From positions 36,634 through 100,633 of the forward strand of contig JAZRTK010000026.1 of the NCBI GenBank assembly GCA_045651985.1: DNA of 64,000 nt, in the 5' to 3' direction. Shown here piece after piece: positions 1 through 9,157 of the stretch (the first letter of the stretch is position 1; every line of letters begins with the position of its first letter). The notes beneath the pieces were generated by a model that was not told the origin of the DNA, did no database searches, and worked only from the letters and a program-made list of their open reading frames with translations. The position numbers and the translations under genes were made by a program. This stretch comes from Eubacteriales bacterium. Its GTDB lineage: Bacteria; Bacillota; Clostridia; Oscillospirales; CAG-272.

Positions 1-516
1 GACGAACATACAAAAGACATCCTTGACGTTGCAATTATTGAATTCAACGATACGTACAAGGTTATCCAGGAATTCTCCCCCATTGAATATATGAAGCCGG
101 TAGAGCTTTATGCAAGCGGTATGACATATATGTCCGGCGCAATTGACAAGGCAATCGAAATGGTAACCGATAGGTCTCGTTTTTACAGAAGATCGGGAGC
201 TGAACCATATAAACCTTGGATAGTTTTGATCTCTGACGGCGGTCCTATGGATGATATTGAAGATGTTGCACATAAAGTGAATTTGATGGTGGAGCAGGAG
301 AAGCTTGCCTTCTGGTCTCTCGCTGTTGAAGGCGCAGACCTTGAGGTTCTTCACGAACTTTCGGGACGCCGAGTTCTTAAACTTGCAGGTTATGATTTTT
401 CCAGCTTCCTTGATTGGGCAAATAAGAGCATGAGAGCAGTCTCTCAAAGCTCTCCCGGAGAAAAGGTCAAGGGACAGGCATTGCCACCGAGTGTTTCTAT
501 CGATGACCTTATGTGA
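1..516 (+). CDS. von Willebrand factor A (vWA) domain protein, TerY-like; 5' end cut by window edge
   Basis: Frame 1 is open from nt 1 (DEHTKDILDVAIIEFNDTYKV...) and runs into listed ORF 91..516. WIVLISDGGPMDD and the alternating hydrophobic/polar pattern fit the C-terminal half of a vWA fold. A PP2C gene follows. Confidence 0.8.
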   Translation, partial: DEHTKDILDVAIIEFNDTYKVIQEFSPIEYMKPVELYASGMTYMSGAIDKAIEMVTDRSRFYRRSGAEPYKPWIVLISDGGPMDDIEDVAHKVNLMVEQEKLAFWSLAVEGADLEVLHELSGRRVLKLAGYDFSSFLDWANKSMRAVSQSSPGEKVKGQALPPSVSIDDLM

Positions 517-530
517 TTTGAGGTGAAGCG

Positions 531-1394
531 ATGATTTACTATTATGGCATCACGCAGCAAGGACACTATCACATTAAAAACGGCACGCCCTGCCAGGACG
601 CCCACAAATTCAGGAAGATAAATGAGAATTTTGCGATTGCCGCAGTTGCGGACGGACTTGGAAGCCAGAAGTATACCGACGTTGCATCAAAGATAGCCGC
701 AGAACAGTCTGTTCAATATTGCTCTGACAAAGTAAGCGAGAAAATGGAATCTGACGAGATACTTCAGACAATAAAAGAAGCGTTTGCGGCTTCTCTTGCA
801 TCGATTGAGGAGAAAGCAAAAAACGATAAAAATCCTCTTGACCAGTACGATACTACGTTGGCCGTTGCTGTTTATTTGAACGGAAATGTCTATTTCGGAA
901 ACTCGGGCGATAGCGGAATTGTTGTGCAGAATATTGATGGCACATACGAAAGCATAACTGAGCAGCAGCGAGATGAAAACGGTTGCGTTTATCCCCTGTG
1001 CTTTGGCGAAAACCATTGGACTTTCGGTGAGAAAAAAGACGTTGCGAGCGTGCTTCTTGCTACCGATGGTATTTATGAAACGCTTTTCCCTTATCTGCTT
1101 CAAGGAGAAGAAGTAAATATCTACGTTGCTTTGGCGCACTTTTTGATGAGCAATGAATGCTTGGGATTTAACAAAAAGAACGAATCTGAAGTGCAGTCAA
1201 AAATGAATGACTTCGTATCCAATATTCCCGGAGAACAGGTTTCTGACGATAAAACTGTATTGGTGATGCTTAATGACAGCATTAAAGTATCAAGTCAACC
1301 GGATAAGTATTATCAATCTCCCGACTGGGCAGCTCTGAAAAAGAAGCGCGACGAAGAATACAAAAGACAAGCATACCCACATTTATTTAATTAA
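531..1394 (+). CDS. PP2C-family Ser/Thr protein phosphatase
   Basis: AVADGLGS, GNSGDSG and LLATDGIYE match the PP2C metal-binding motif pattern. There is a 14-nt gap after the vWA gene. Confidence 0.85.
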   Translation: MIYYYGITQQGHYHIKNGTPCQDAHKFRKINENFAIAAVADGLGSQKYTDVASKIAAEQSVQYCSDKVSEKMESDEILQTIKEAFAASLASIEEKAKNDKNPLDQYDTTLAVAVYLNGNVYFGNSGDSGIVVQNIDGTYESITEQQRDENGCVYPLCFGENHWTFGEKKDVASVLLATDGIYETLFPYLLQGEEVNIYVALAHFLMSNECLGFNKKNESEVQSKMNDFVSNIPGEQVSDDKTVLVMLNDSIKVSSQPDKYYQSPDWAALKKKRDEEYKRQAYPHLFN

Positions 1395-1414
1395 CAAAAC
1401 GAAGGTAACAAACC

Positions 1415-3214
1415 ATGAAAATAGAGGAATTCAAAAACAGCGAGGTACGGGAAGCGGAGACCAACAATAAAGCAGAAAAAGAACTTCAAAATGCACAGAA
1501 TCACAAGGCGCATAGAGAGAAACTTGAAGATTATTCATGTAAAGAACTTTTCGAAATGGTGAAAAAAGATCCCGATAGAGTCATAAAGCTTAACGCGGAC
1601 TTCAGAAAAAAATATGAAGCTGAAATTCGCGATATGACGGTGGAGGAATATCGTGATCATAAGAGCAAGCTTTCAGATGGCGACAATAAAACTGAACACC
1701 TATCAAGAGGAGAAAAATTTGAAGAAAAAAACGAAAAATCCGAACAGCGAGGGCTTTTAGTTTTTTACGAACAGACAAGAGAGAAAAATAAAAGTTTTAT
1801 AACCAATGGTGGCGAGCACAAGACCTATGGCGAGGCAGTTAAACAAATTTCCGATCGCGCGGAGACATACATGAAAGAAATGGGAGTGTCTGAAGATAAG
1901 ATTAAAGCTGTTAAATCAGATATTGAAGCGGAAATTTTCAAGCAACACGAAGAGGCAAAATCAAGAGGCATAGGCGACCATGGAATACGCCATATTTATG
2001 GTAACTTTGAAAGAAGTGAAAGCTATCTAAATACAAGAAACGATGTGAGTAGCGAGCAGAAACTTGGTGTTTTGATTGCGCAAACTTATCATGATGAAGG
2101 CTATACACAAAAAAATGATTTAGTCAATAATTCCGGGGTATTGCATGGTGGTTTTGACAAAAAACACGATCTGGCAAGTTTAGAAGTTTGGAACAGTAAA
2201 AAAGATTTATATGAAACTGTTTTCAGTAAAGAAACAATCTCTTCTGTCGACAAAGCAATTGGTGAACACAATGTTAGTGTAGAAGATGATAATGGTGTTG
2301 AGACGATCAAAGCAAATACATCCAAAGAAGCCGATGTTATTGTTTCTACTGTACATATTACTGATAAATTAGCCTTAAGCGGACGAGAGAAATTTTCCGA
2401 GTTGCTATATACAGATCCCAAGTTGATCGAGTTAACCGAGGGAATGAACTCTATGTTCAAAACTCTTTTTGATGAAAAAAGTATTTTTAAAGAAAGTGAT
2501 GAAAAACAGAATTCTAAATTTTTAGAGAAATATCATTCCGTGATAAATGATTATATAGATTCAAAATATTCGCCTGAAGATGCAGTAAAATTCATAGATG
2601 CGGTTAATAAAGACATTGGATTTAATTCCGGTAAGTTTACTTCTCGAATGAATTATATTTATACTCCTTCGGATTGTTATAGATATAATCCCGAAACTAA
2701 AACTAATGAAATAACTGTTTATAAGATTGATCATGGTGATACCAAGTCACAAGATTTACAAAACGACCAGTTAAAAAAATTATATAAAGATTTGGGGTTG
2801 AATGACGATGAAATAGTAACCGCTATTAAACAAGGAGGATACGAAGATAAAGATAGAGGCTTGAGTGTTCACGTTGAAACAAAAACGGTGGATGAAATAC
2901 GCAATATCGAATCCGAAAAACATCAAGAAAACAATGATTTAAGGGAAGTTAATGAAAGAATTGATGCTGGACGAGAGCAATATCAAGAATTAAACAACAA
3001 GTTTTTGGAGATTGTCGAAAATTTGGAAGCAACGGATATAAACTACGAAGATTACGATAAGATGTGTAAAGCTTGTAATAAATCTGATGGATGTACTAAA
3101 TCCGAATTTGAAGGAAAGACGGAAACGGACCGAAAGAAACTTATAATTGAGACTGTTTCAGAAATGATAATAACTGAAGTTAGTAATACTCTTGGAAAGG
3201 AGAAATTGAAATGA
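1415..3214 (+). CDS. hypothetical protein, possible HD-type phosphohydrolase core
   Basis: 599-aa uninterrupted ORF with a K/E-rich N-terminus. GDHGIRH, then about 30 residues, then YHDEGY, then KKHDLAS and HITDKLA resembles an H..HD..D pattern. This is not verified. Confidence 0.55.
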   Translation: MKIEEFKNSEVREAETNNKAEKELQNAQNHKAHREKLEDYSCKELFEMVKKDPDRVIKLNADFRKKYEAEIRDMTVEEYRDHKSKLSDGDNKTEHLSRGEKFEEKNEKSEQRGLLVFYEQTREKNKSFITNGGEHKTYGEAVKQISDRAETYMKEMGVSEDKIKAVKSDIEAEIFKQHEEAKSRGIGDHGIRHIYGNFERSESYLNTRNDVSSEQKLGVLIAQTYHDEGYTQKNDLVNNSGVLHGGFDKKHDLASLEVWNSKKDLYETVFSKETISSVDKAIGEHNVSVEDDNGVETIKANTSKEADVIVSTVHITDKLALSGREKFSELLYTDPKLIELTEGMNSMFKTLFDEKSIFKESDEKQNSKFLEKYHSVINDYIDSKYSPEDAVKFIDAVNKDIGFNSGKFTSRMNYIYTPSDCYRYNPETKTNEITVYKIDHGDTKSQDLQNDQLKKLYKDLGLNDDEIVTAIKQGGYEDKDRGLSVHVETKTVDEIRNIESEKHQENNDLREVNERIDAGREQYQELNNKFLEIVENLEATDINYEDYDKMCKACNKSDGCTKSEFEGKTETDRKKLIIETVSEMIITEVSNTLGKEKLK

Positions 3215-3906
3215 GTTTAGGCAACGATTTTTTAGAGCTAATCAATTTACTTTGGGAAATTGAAGAATTTGATATGTGGCTTCCCAAAGAACACGGCTCC
3301 CTTGCTTATCTTATGGAACGGCTTTATGGAACTGATGCGTACGCAGAAAAATATGACAAGTTAAAATCATTGGCAACAGAGAAAAAGGCAAACGAATTGG
3401 CTAATTATATTTCTTGTGAAATTTTAGCATCGGCTCAAAATGATAACACTATAAGTGAATCTGATAAGCTGAACTTAGAGGCAATGCTTGTTAGACAACA
3501 AAAGAATTATAAAGATAAAGCGTTAACGGGATTTGGTATAATTCAAGAAAAGTATATGCCGGATTGGTTTTTTGAGATTTTTTCGAGTTACATCATGTTA
3601 GAAGAAACAAAAAGAGAAACACTTATTCTCCTATATTGTAAAAACGAAGGAATGAATCAAGAACAAGCCAACGAAGCATATAAAAGACTCTCTACGCAGT
3701 ACGATTTACTTAACGAGTTTTATTTCTATGTTAAGAATAAAAGATTCAAAAACCATTACCCAAGAACGGTAAAGAAGTTGTCGGCAAAATCTCTTTACGA
3801 AACAATTTGCGACACTCCTCTTGCCGCTTATCTGTATCTTGTGTATTTAAGAGAAGACCCAGAAAAAGCATTTGCTGAATACCATGTAAAATTGAATAAT
3901 AAATAA
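3211..3906 (+). CDS. hypothetical protein (helical, no recognisable motif)
   Basis: The start overlaps the upstream stop (ATGA at 3211-3214), implying translational coupling inside the operon. Confidence 0.6.
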   Translation: MSLGNDFLELINLLWEIEEFDMWLPKEHGSLAYLMERLYGTDAYAEKYDKLKSLATEKKANELANYISCEILASAQNDNTISESDKLNLEAMLVRQQKNYKDKALTGFGIIQEKYMPDWFFEIFSSYIMLEETKRETLILLYCKNEGMNQEQANEAYKRLSTQYDLLNEFYFYVKNKRFKNHYPRTVKKLSAKSLYETICDTPLAAYLYLVYLREDPEKAFAEYHVKLNNK

Positions 3907-3927
3907 CAATACGCCCAGGAGAAAACA

Positions 3928-6036
3928 ATGAGATACAAAGGCAATAACGATACTTATACTCTTGAAGACCAGCCTATGAAGGCGGGCGGAGAGGGTGCGA
4001 TATATTCAATTCAAAGCCATCCGGATATGGTGGCAAAGATATACCATCGAGAAAAACTGTCTAATGAGCTTGAGGAAAAAATCATCTATATGCGGAACAA
4101 TCCGCCCGAAAGTTCCATACTTAACCAGATAGCTTGGCCTTTGGACGTCATCAGAGACGGTATAGGTAACTTCGTTGGATTTGTTATGCCCAAGCTCTCT
4201 ATTGACACTGACCTTAAGGCTATCTACTCTTACCCTCCGAATCCTCAGATCCCGATTACCTATGAGCAAAAAGTTATCGTAGCTATAAATATCGCTGTCG
4301 TTATTTCAACGATTCATAGAGCGGGATACGTTTTCGGAGATTTCAATCCGTTGAATATAGGAGTCAATCTTAAGACCGGTCACGTGGCTTTTCTTGACAC
4401 CGACTCATACCACATTACAAACCAAACCTCGGGTAAGGTATATCGCTGCGAGGTTTGTCTCGATGGTTACGTAGCCCCTGAACTTATTCAGAAGTGCAAG
4501 GGTACTGATTTTGCCAGCGCCCCGCTTCCTACGTTCACGCAAGAGACTGACCGTTTCGCTCTTGCCATACATATCTTTAAGCTTCTGATGAATGGATATA
4601 CCCCCTTTAATGGCATAAAAGAGGGCGAAAGCGCATCTCAGGCATCTCCCGGAGTTGGAAATCTCGCCATCGAGAGGGACAACTATTGCTTCAAGCCCGG
4701 CAACAAGCCCCAAAGTGTTGCAACGCCTGATATCAGTGCATTTTCTCCGGATTTGCAATATCTTTTCAAGAAAACCTTTTTGGGTGGTGCCACTTCTCCC
4801 GCCCAAAGAGCAACGGCGGACGAGTGGTATCATGCTCTCCGAGAATACAAGGATAATCTTACACGTTGCAAGAATAACCCCAATCACTATTATTACGTCA
4901 ACAATAACACCTGCCCCTATTGCGATGCGGATAACAGATACAATAACAGTATGGCATCTTTTGCCAACTCTGCATCTTCAGGTGGAACAGGAGCGCGTCC
5001 AAACCAGATGAATTTTGGTGCGCCCGTTAACGTTCCCCCTCGTCAACAAAACCAAAGCTATAATAGACAACAAAACAAAAGCACTCTTGTGCGAGTGCTT
5101 CTGTGGATATTCTTGTTCCCCGTTATGTTATGTATAACAATCGGAAAAAGCAAGATGGGATTGATTTGGAAAATTTTGCTCATATATACTGTGGCGCAGA
5201 TAACTCTGTCTACACTTGGTTCATGCGCAGCTATGATTTCTGCATTTGTTGAATATGATGGAAATGGTATAGGAACCAGTACGGCGACTGCGATAACTGT
5301 GGACGTAGAAAAGCTGACGGACCAACTAATAACTGGATACAACAATTATGGATATTTTGATGGCGAAAGAGACGCTCAAGATACTGTTACAGTCAAAGGC
5401 AAACAATACACACTGACGCTCAAAAACGAAAAATTCGAAGATGGATACAGATATCTCACTTTGCTTATTGACACTAAAACAAAAGCAATTGGTAATGCTG
5501 TGATCCGAGCAAAAAGTGACGAGTATCTATCTAATGATGCGGTGCTGGAATTTGAAATTTATCAAGAAGTTGGAAATGGGCACGATCTCTACTTGAAAAA
5601 CAACATTATACGAATAACAACCTTAAATACCAATGAAGTTATCCGTGATGATCCAAGAGATCACTTTGAAATAGTTTTTAGTCATGAGGAAACCAATGGT
5701 TGGTGGGATTACCAATGGAGCAAATTCAAATTACTCGACACATCATACTCCGTCGGAGATAAGGTTGTCAAACTCTCAGTCATAGAAGATAAACGACCTG
5801 GAGCTAAAGAAGTACAGCCAGGATTGTTATTCGAGATATATGACAAAGATGACAATTTGCTTGCATCGGGAAGCTATAAGTTCACTGGCATGAAATACAG
5901 TTCGAATTATGATGACTACGGAAACAATTCTGGTGCAGCTTTTTATTTTGTTCCATATTTTGACCAGTCAGAACTGGTAGGAAAGACAGGAATTCTTTTT
6001 ATAAACACTGAATATAAATATGATTTTTGCTATTGA
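3928..6036 (+). CDS. membrane-spanning Ser/Thr-kinase-like protein (kinase + Zn-ribbon-like + 2 TM + C-terminal domain)
   Basis: Kinase landmarks are KAGGEGAIYS (G-loop), VAKIYH (Lys), GDFNPLNIGV (catalytic loop-like), FLDTDSY (DFG-equivalent) and YVAPEL. These are followed by CPYCD, a Q/N-rich linker, and hydrophobic helices LVRVLLWIFLFPVMLCITIG and ILLIYTVAQITLSTLGSCAAMISAFV. Confidence 0.8.
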   Translation: MRYKGNNDTYTLEDQPMKAGGEGAIYSIQSHPDMVAKIYHREKLSNELEEKIIYMRNNPPESSILNQIAWPLDVIRDGIGNFVGFVMPKLSIDTDLKAIYSYPPNPQIPITYEQKVIVAINIAVVISTIHRAGYVFGDFNPLNIGVNLKTGHVAFLDTDSYHITNQTSGKVYRCEVCLDGYVAPELIQKCKGTDFASAPLPTFTQETDRFALAIHIFKLLMNGYTPFNGIKEGESASQASPGVGNLAIERDNYCFKPGNKPQSVATPDISAFSPDLQYLFKKTFLGGATSPAQRATADEWYHALREYKDNLTRCKNNPNHYYYVNNNTCPYCDADNRYNNSMASFANSASSGGTGARPNQMNFGAPVNVPPRQQNQSYNRQQNKSTLVRVLLWIFLFPVMLCITIGKSKMGLIWKILLIYTVAQITLSTLGSCAAMISAFVEYDGNGIGTSTATAITVDVEKLTDQLITGYNNYGYFDGERDAQDTVTVKGKQYTLTLKNEKFEDGYRYLTLLIDTKTKAIGNAVIRAKSDEYLSNDAVLEFEIYQEVGNGHDLYLKNNIIRITTLNTNEVIRDDPRDHFEIVFSHEETNGWWDYQWSKFKLLDTSYSVGDKVVKLSVIEDKRPGAKEVQPGLLFEIYDKDDNLLASGSYKFTGMKYSSNYDDYGNNSGAAFYFVPYFDQSELVGKTGILFINTEYKYDFCY

Positions 6037-6070
6037 GATTTGTAAAAACAAATAGTGATGAGGCTTGTTA

Positions 6071-9000
6071 ATGAATACTATTTCATCTTTTGATATGAAT
6101 AATAAGGCACAGCTTGTCCACAACGGTATTGTCACCGCGGACAAATTTATCAACAAGAGTTATTTGATAAATCTCGCTGATAATGAAGTGCTTCCCTTGA
6201 GTGATGAGTTTAATACGACCAAGACGATCAGGCTGTATCAGATTGAAAAGCTCGTTTATGACAAGGAAGAAAATATATGTGATAAGCTTATAAGCGTTTA
6301 CAGCTCTCTTTTGAATATTGACAGTTCCGTTCTTCTTGTTATCTCCGGTGAGGAGAGTGCCATCACCTTACACATCGGAATCCGCTCCGTGAATAACACT
6401 TCCGTTGCGGGTTTGATATTAGAAAAAAGTTTTTTGGGTAATTTCCCCGGCAGCTCACTGAAGAGACTTCGGAATGATGAAATAGAAGCCGTGATGAAAA
6501 GCGGTGTTGTTTCTGATTCTGTGGGGGTATTGAAGAACATATCATGTGTGACAGTCGTTCCCTCTATGCGAGACGAAAACAAAGATAAGTTTGTGCAGGG
6601 TATTGAGAAATTCATAGATACTATGCGCGGTGCAAAATATACTGCGGTTTTGATAGCTCAGCCTGTAAGCAAACAGGGTTTGGAGCAGAGAAAACGCGGA
6701 CTTGAGGAAATGTATTCCGCTTTGTCTCCTATGGCGAAAACAACACTTTCTTACGCAGAAAATTACAGCGAAGCAGTTACTAACGGAATGAGCGAAAATT
6801 TTTCCCACTCTATTAATAACAGCGTAAATATCACCAACGGCTCTAACAGCAGCGATAGTTATTCGAGAAGCAAAGGCGCAAATCTTGGTTTGTGGGGATC
6901 CGGAGTGAATACCGGGACATCACGTAGCTATACGTCGGGGCAATCATGGTCGAAATCGGTTACGCAAGGAAGCGCTGATACAACATCTACAGGAACTAAT
7001 AGTTCGACCTCGCAAACTACAGGGAATACAAGAACTCTTTCAGCAGAGCATCAAAATAAATCTGTAGCTGAGTTGATGACGAAACTGGAGGAACAATTAA
7101 AGAGAATTAAAGAGTGCGAGGGCTTTGGCCTTTGGGATTGCGCTTGTTATTTTACTTCCGATGATATCCAAACAGCTGTGGTTGCGGCAAATACATATAA
7201 AGCGCTAATGCTCGGAGACAATACTTCGGTTGAAAATTCTCATGTAAACATATGGGATATTCGTTCAAAAGATGAAAACAGAAAAAACGTATTGGATTAT
7301 GTAAAATGCGGTATACACCCGGTAATGAAAATCGAACCTGAGCAAGGATACGCTCCCCAAATCGTAACGCCCGGAAGCTATATCAGCGGAAAGGAACTTC
7401 CTTTTTTGGTCGGTATACCTCGCAAGTCAATTCCCGGGGTTCCTGTAAATAGCATTGCCGAGTTTGGAAGAAATGTATTTGTTCAAAATAGGGCAAGTGA
7501 CAGAGAGACTGTTCAACTTGGAAGCATATACCATATGGGCAAGATAGAAAAAAACAAAGTGGAACTTGACCTTAACAGTTTTACATCTCATTGTTTTGTC
7601 ACGGGCTCAACCGGTTCGGGAAAGTCAAATACGGTATATTGCCTTTTAGAAAAGTTTCACCAAAACCATATCCCCTTTCTTGTCATAGAACCGGCAAAAG
7701 GTGAATATAAATCGGCTTTTGGGGCATTGGAGAATATAAACATTATTTCGACAAATCCGTATGTAGGACAAATGCTCAAATTAAATCCCTTCAGCTTCAA
7801 TTCGCATATACATATTCTGGAGCATTTGGATAGGCTGATAGAGATCTTTAACGCTTGCTGGGAAATGTATGCCGCTATGCCGGCAATCTTAAAAGATGCC
7901 ATAGAGAAAATTTACGTTGACAAGGGCTGGGACCTACTGAATTCGGTTTATCTTGGTGAAGGCGAGCCGGTCTTTCCAAATTTCGGGGATCTTATGAAAG
8001 CACTTCCCGATATTATCAACGATTCGGGTTATTCCTCCGATACCAAAGGGGACTACATAGGCGCATTGGTTACTCGAGTGACATCATTGACTAACGGTAT
8101 ATCCGGTCAGATTTTTTGCGACAATTACGAGATTCACGATTCCGTTCTGTTTGATGAAAACACAGTTGTCGATTTGAGCCGAGTGGGGGCTATGGAGACA
8201 AAATCTCTTATTATGGGACTGATTGTGCTCAAATTGACAGAACACCGTATGGCAAATTCAAGCAGAGCAAATTCGGAACTTAAGCACATTACCGTTTTGG
8301 AGGAGGCCCACAATCTTTTGAAACGCTCATCGGGAGAATCGGCAGGCAGAAATCTTGTAGGGAAATCTGTCGAGATGATATGTAATAGTATAGCCGAGAT
8401 GCGTACATACGGAGAAGGATTTATCATTGTGGATCAATCTCCTACGGCGATCGATGTTGCAGCTATTAAAAATACGAATACTAAAATCATAATGCGTTTA
8501 CCTGAACGAAACGACTGTGAAGCCGTCGGAAATGCTGCTGGATTGAATGAGGATCAAAAAAAGGAAATAAGCAAGCTTGAAACGGGCGTTGCTGTCGTCA
8601 TGCAGAATAATTGGCTTGAGGCGGTTTTGGCGCGCGTGGATCTGTTCTCCAATCTTTATGAGGCCTGTATTCCGACCGTTTCCTATGAAGCTATGAAGGC
8701 GTTCAAAAGTATTGTGGTTCGGGAACTTATGAATCAATATATCATAGAAAAACAAATGAACCTTGAACGCATGCTTGGGGCGATTGACTCTGTTGATATT
8801 CCCTTTCACAAAAAGGCGGAAATGCGCCGTTGTATGGAGGGAACGTTGAAGCGTCTTTCCACAAAACGCGATGTAGATTTTTTCTCCGAAACACTTTATA
8901 ATCTTGTCGGGGCAAACTCCGTGTTTGAGATAGCAGAGTCGACCATTTTACCATCCAAAGAGACTGAGTATAGGTATGCTCCCGAAAGTGTTCGTGAGTG

Positions 9001-9157
9001 GAAATCACGGATCAGTGACGGTGTGAGAAGATGTATATCTCTACCGGAAGAATATATTCAAGCATTGCTTGATTTTTTGCTTTATGTCCAAGAAGAAAGA
9101 AACAAGAAAATCGATTATTACGAGATACAAAAAATCTTAGAGCAGGAAGTGCGATAA
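6071..9157 (+). CDS. HerA/FtsK-like (DUF87-type) P-loop ATPase with large N-terminal region
   Basis: Walker A is GSTGSGKSNT (nt 7604-7627) and Walker B-like is ITVLEEAHNL (about nt 8294-8311), with IIVDQSP and KIIMRLP downstream. ATG 6071 is preferred over TTG 6065 because GAGG lies about 9 nt upstream. Confidence 0.8.
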   Translation: MNTISSFDMNNKAQLVHNGIVTADKFINKSYLINLADNEVLPLSDEFNTTKTIRLYQIEKLVYDKEENICDKLISVYSSLLNIDSSVLLVISGEESAITLHIGIRSVNNTSVAGLILEKSFLGNFPGSSLKRLRNDEIEAVMKSGVVSDSVGVLKNISCVTVVPSMRDENKDKFVQGIEKFIDTMRGAKYTAVLIAQPVSKQGLEQRKRGLEEMYSALSPMAKTTLSYAENYSEAVTNGMSENFSHSINNSVNITNGSNSSDSYSRSKGANLGLWGSGVNTGTSRSYTSGQSWSKSVTQGSADTTSTGTNSSTSQTTGNTRTLSAEHQNKSVAELMTKLEEQLKRIKECEGFGLWDCACYFTSDDIQTAVVAANTYKALMLGDNTSVENSHVNIWDIRSKDENRKNVLDYVKCGIHPVMKIEPEQGYAPQIVTPGSYISGKELPFLVGIPRKSIPGVPVNSIAEFGRNVFVQNRASDRETVQLGSIYHMGKIEKNKVELDLNSFTSHCFVTGSTGSGKSNTVYCLLEKFHQNHIPFLVIEPAKGEYKSAFGALENINIISTNPYVGQMLKLNPFSFNSHIHILEHLDRLIEIFNACWEMYAAMPAILKDAIEKIYVDKGWDLLNSVYLGEGEPVFPNFGDLMKALPDIINDSGYSSDTKGDYIGALVTRVTSLTNGISGQIFCDNYEIHDSVLFDENTVVDLSRVGAMETKSLIMGLIVLKLTEHRMANSSRANSELKHITVLEEAHNLLKRSSGESAGRNLVGKSVEMICNSIAEMRTYGEGFIIVDQSPTAIDVAAIKNTNTKIIMRLPERNDCEAVGNAAGLNEDQKKEISKLETGVAVVMQNNWLEAVLARVDLFSNLYEACIPTVSYEAMKAFKSIVVRELMNQYIIEKQMNLERMLGAIDSVDIPFHKKAEMRRCMEGTLKRLSTKRDVDFFSETLYNLVGANSVFEIAESTILPSKETEYRYAPESVREWKSRISDGVRRCISLPEEYIQALLDFLLYVQEERNKKIDYYEIQKILEQEVR

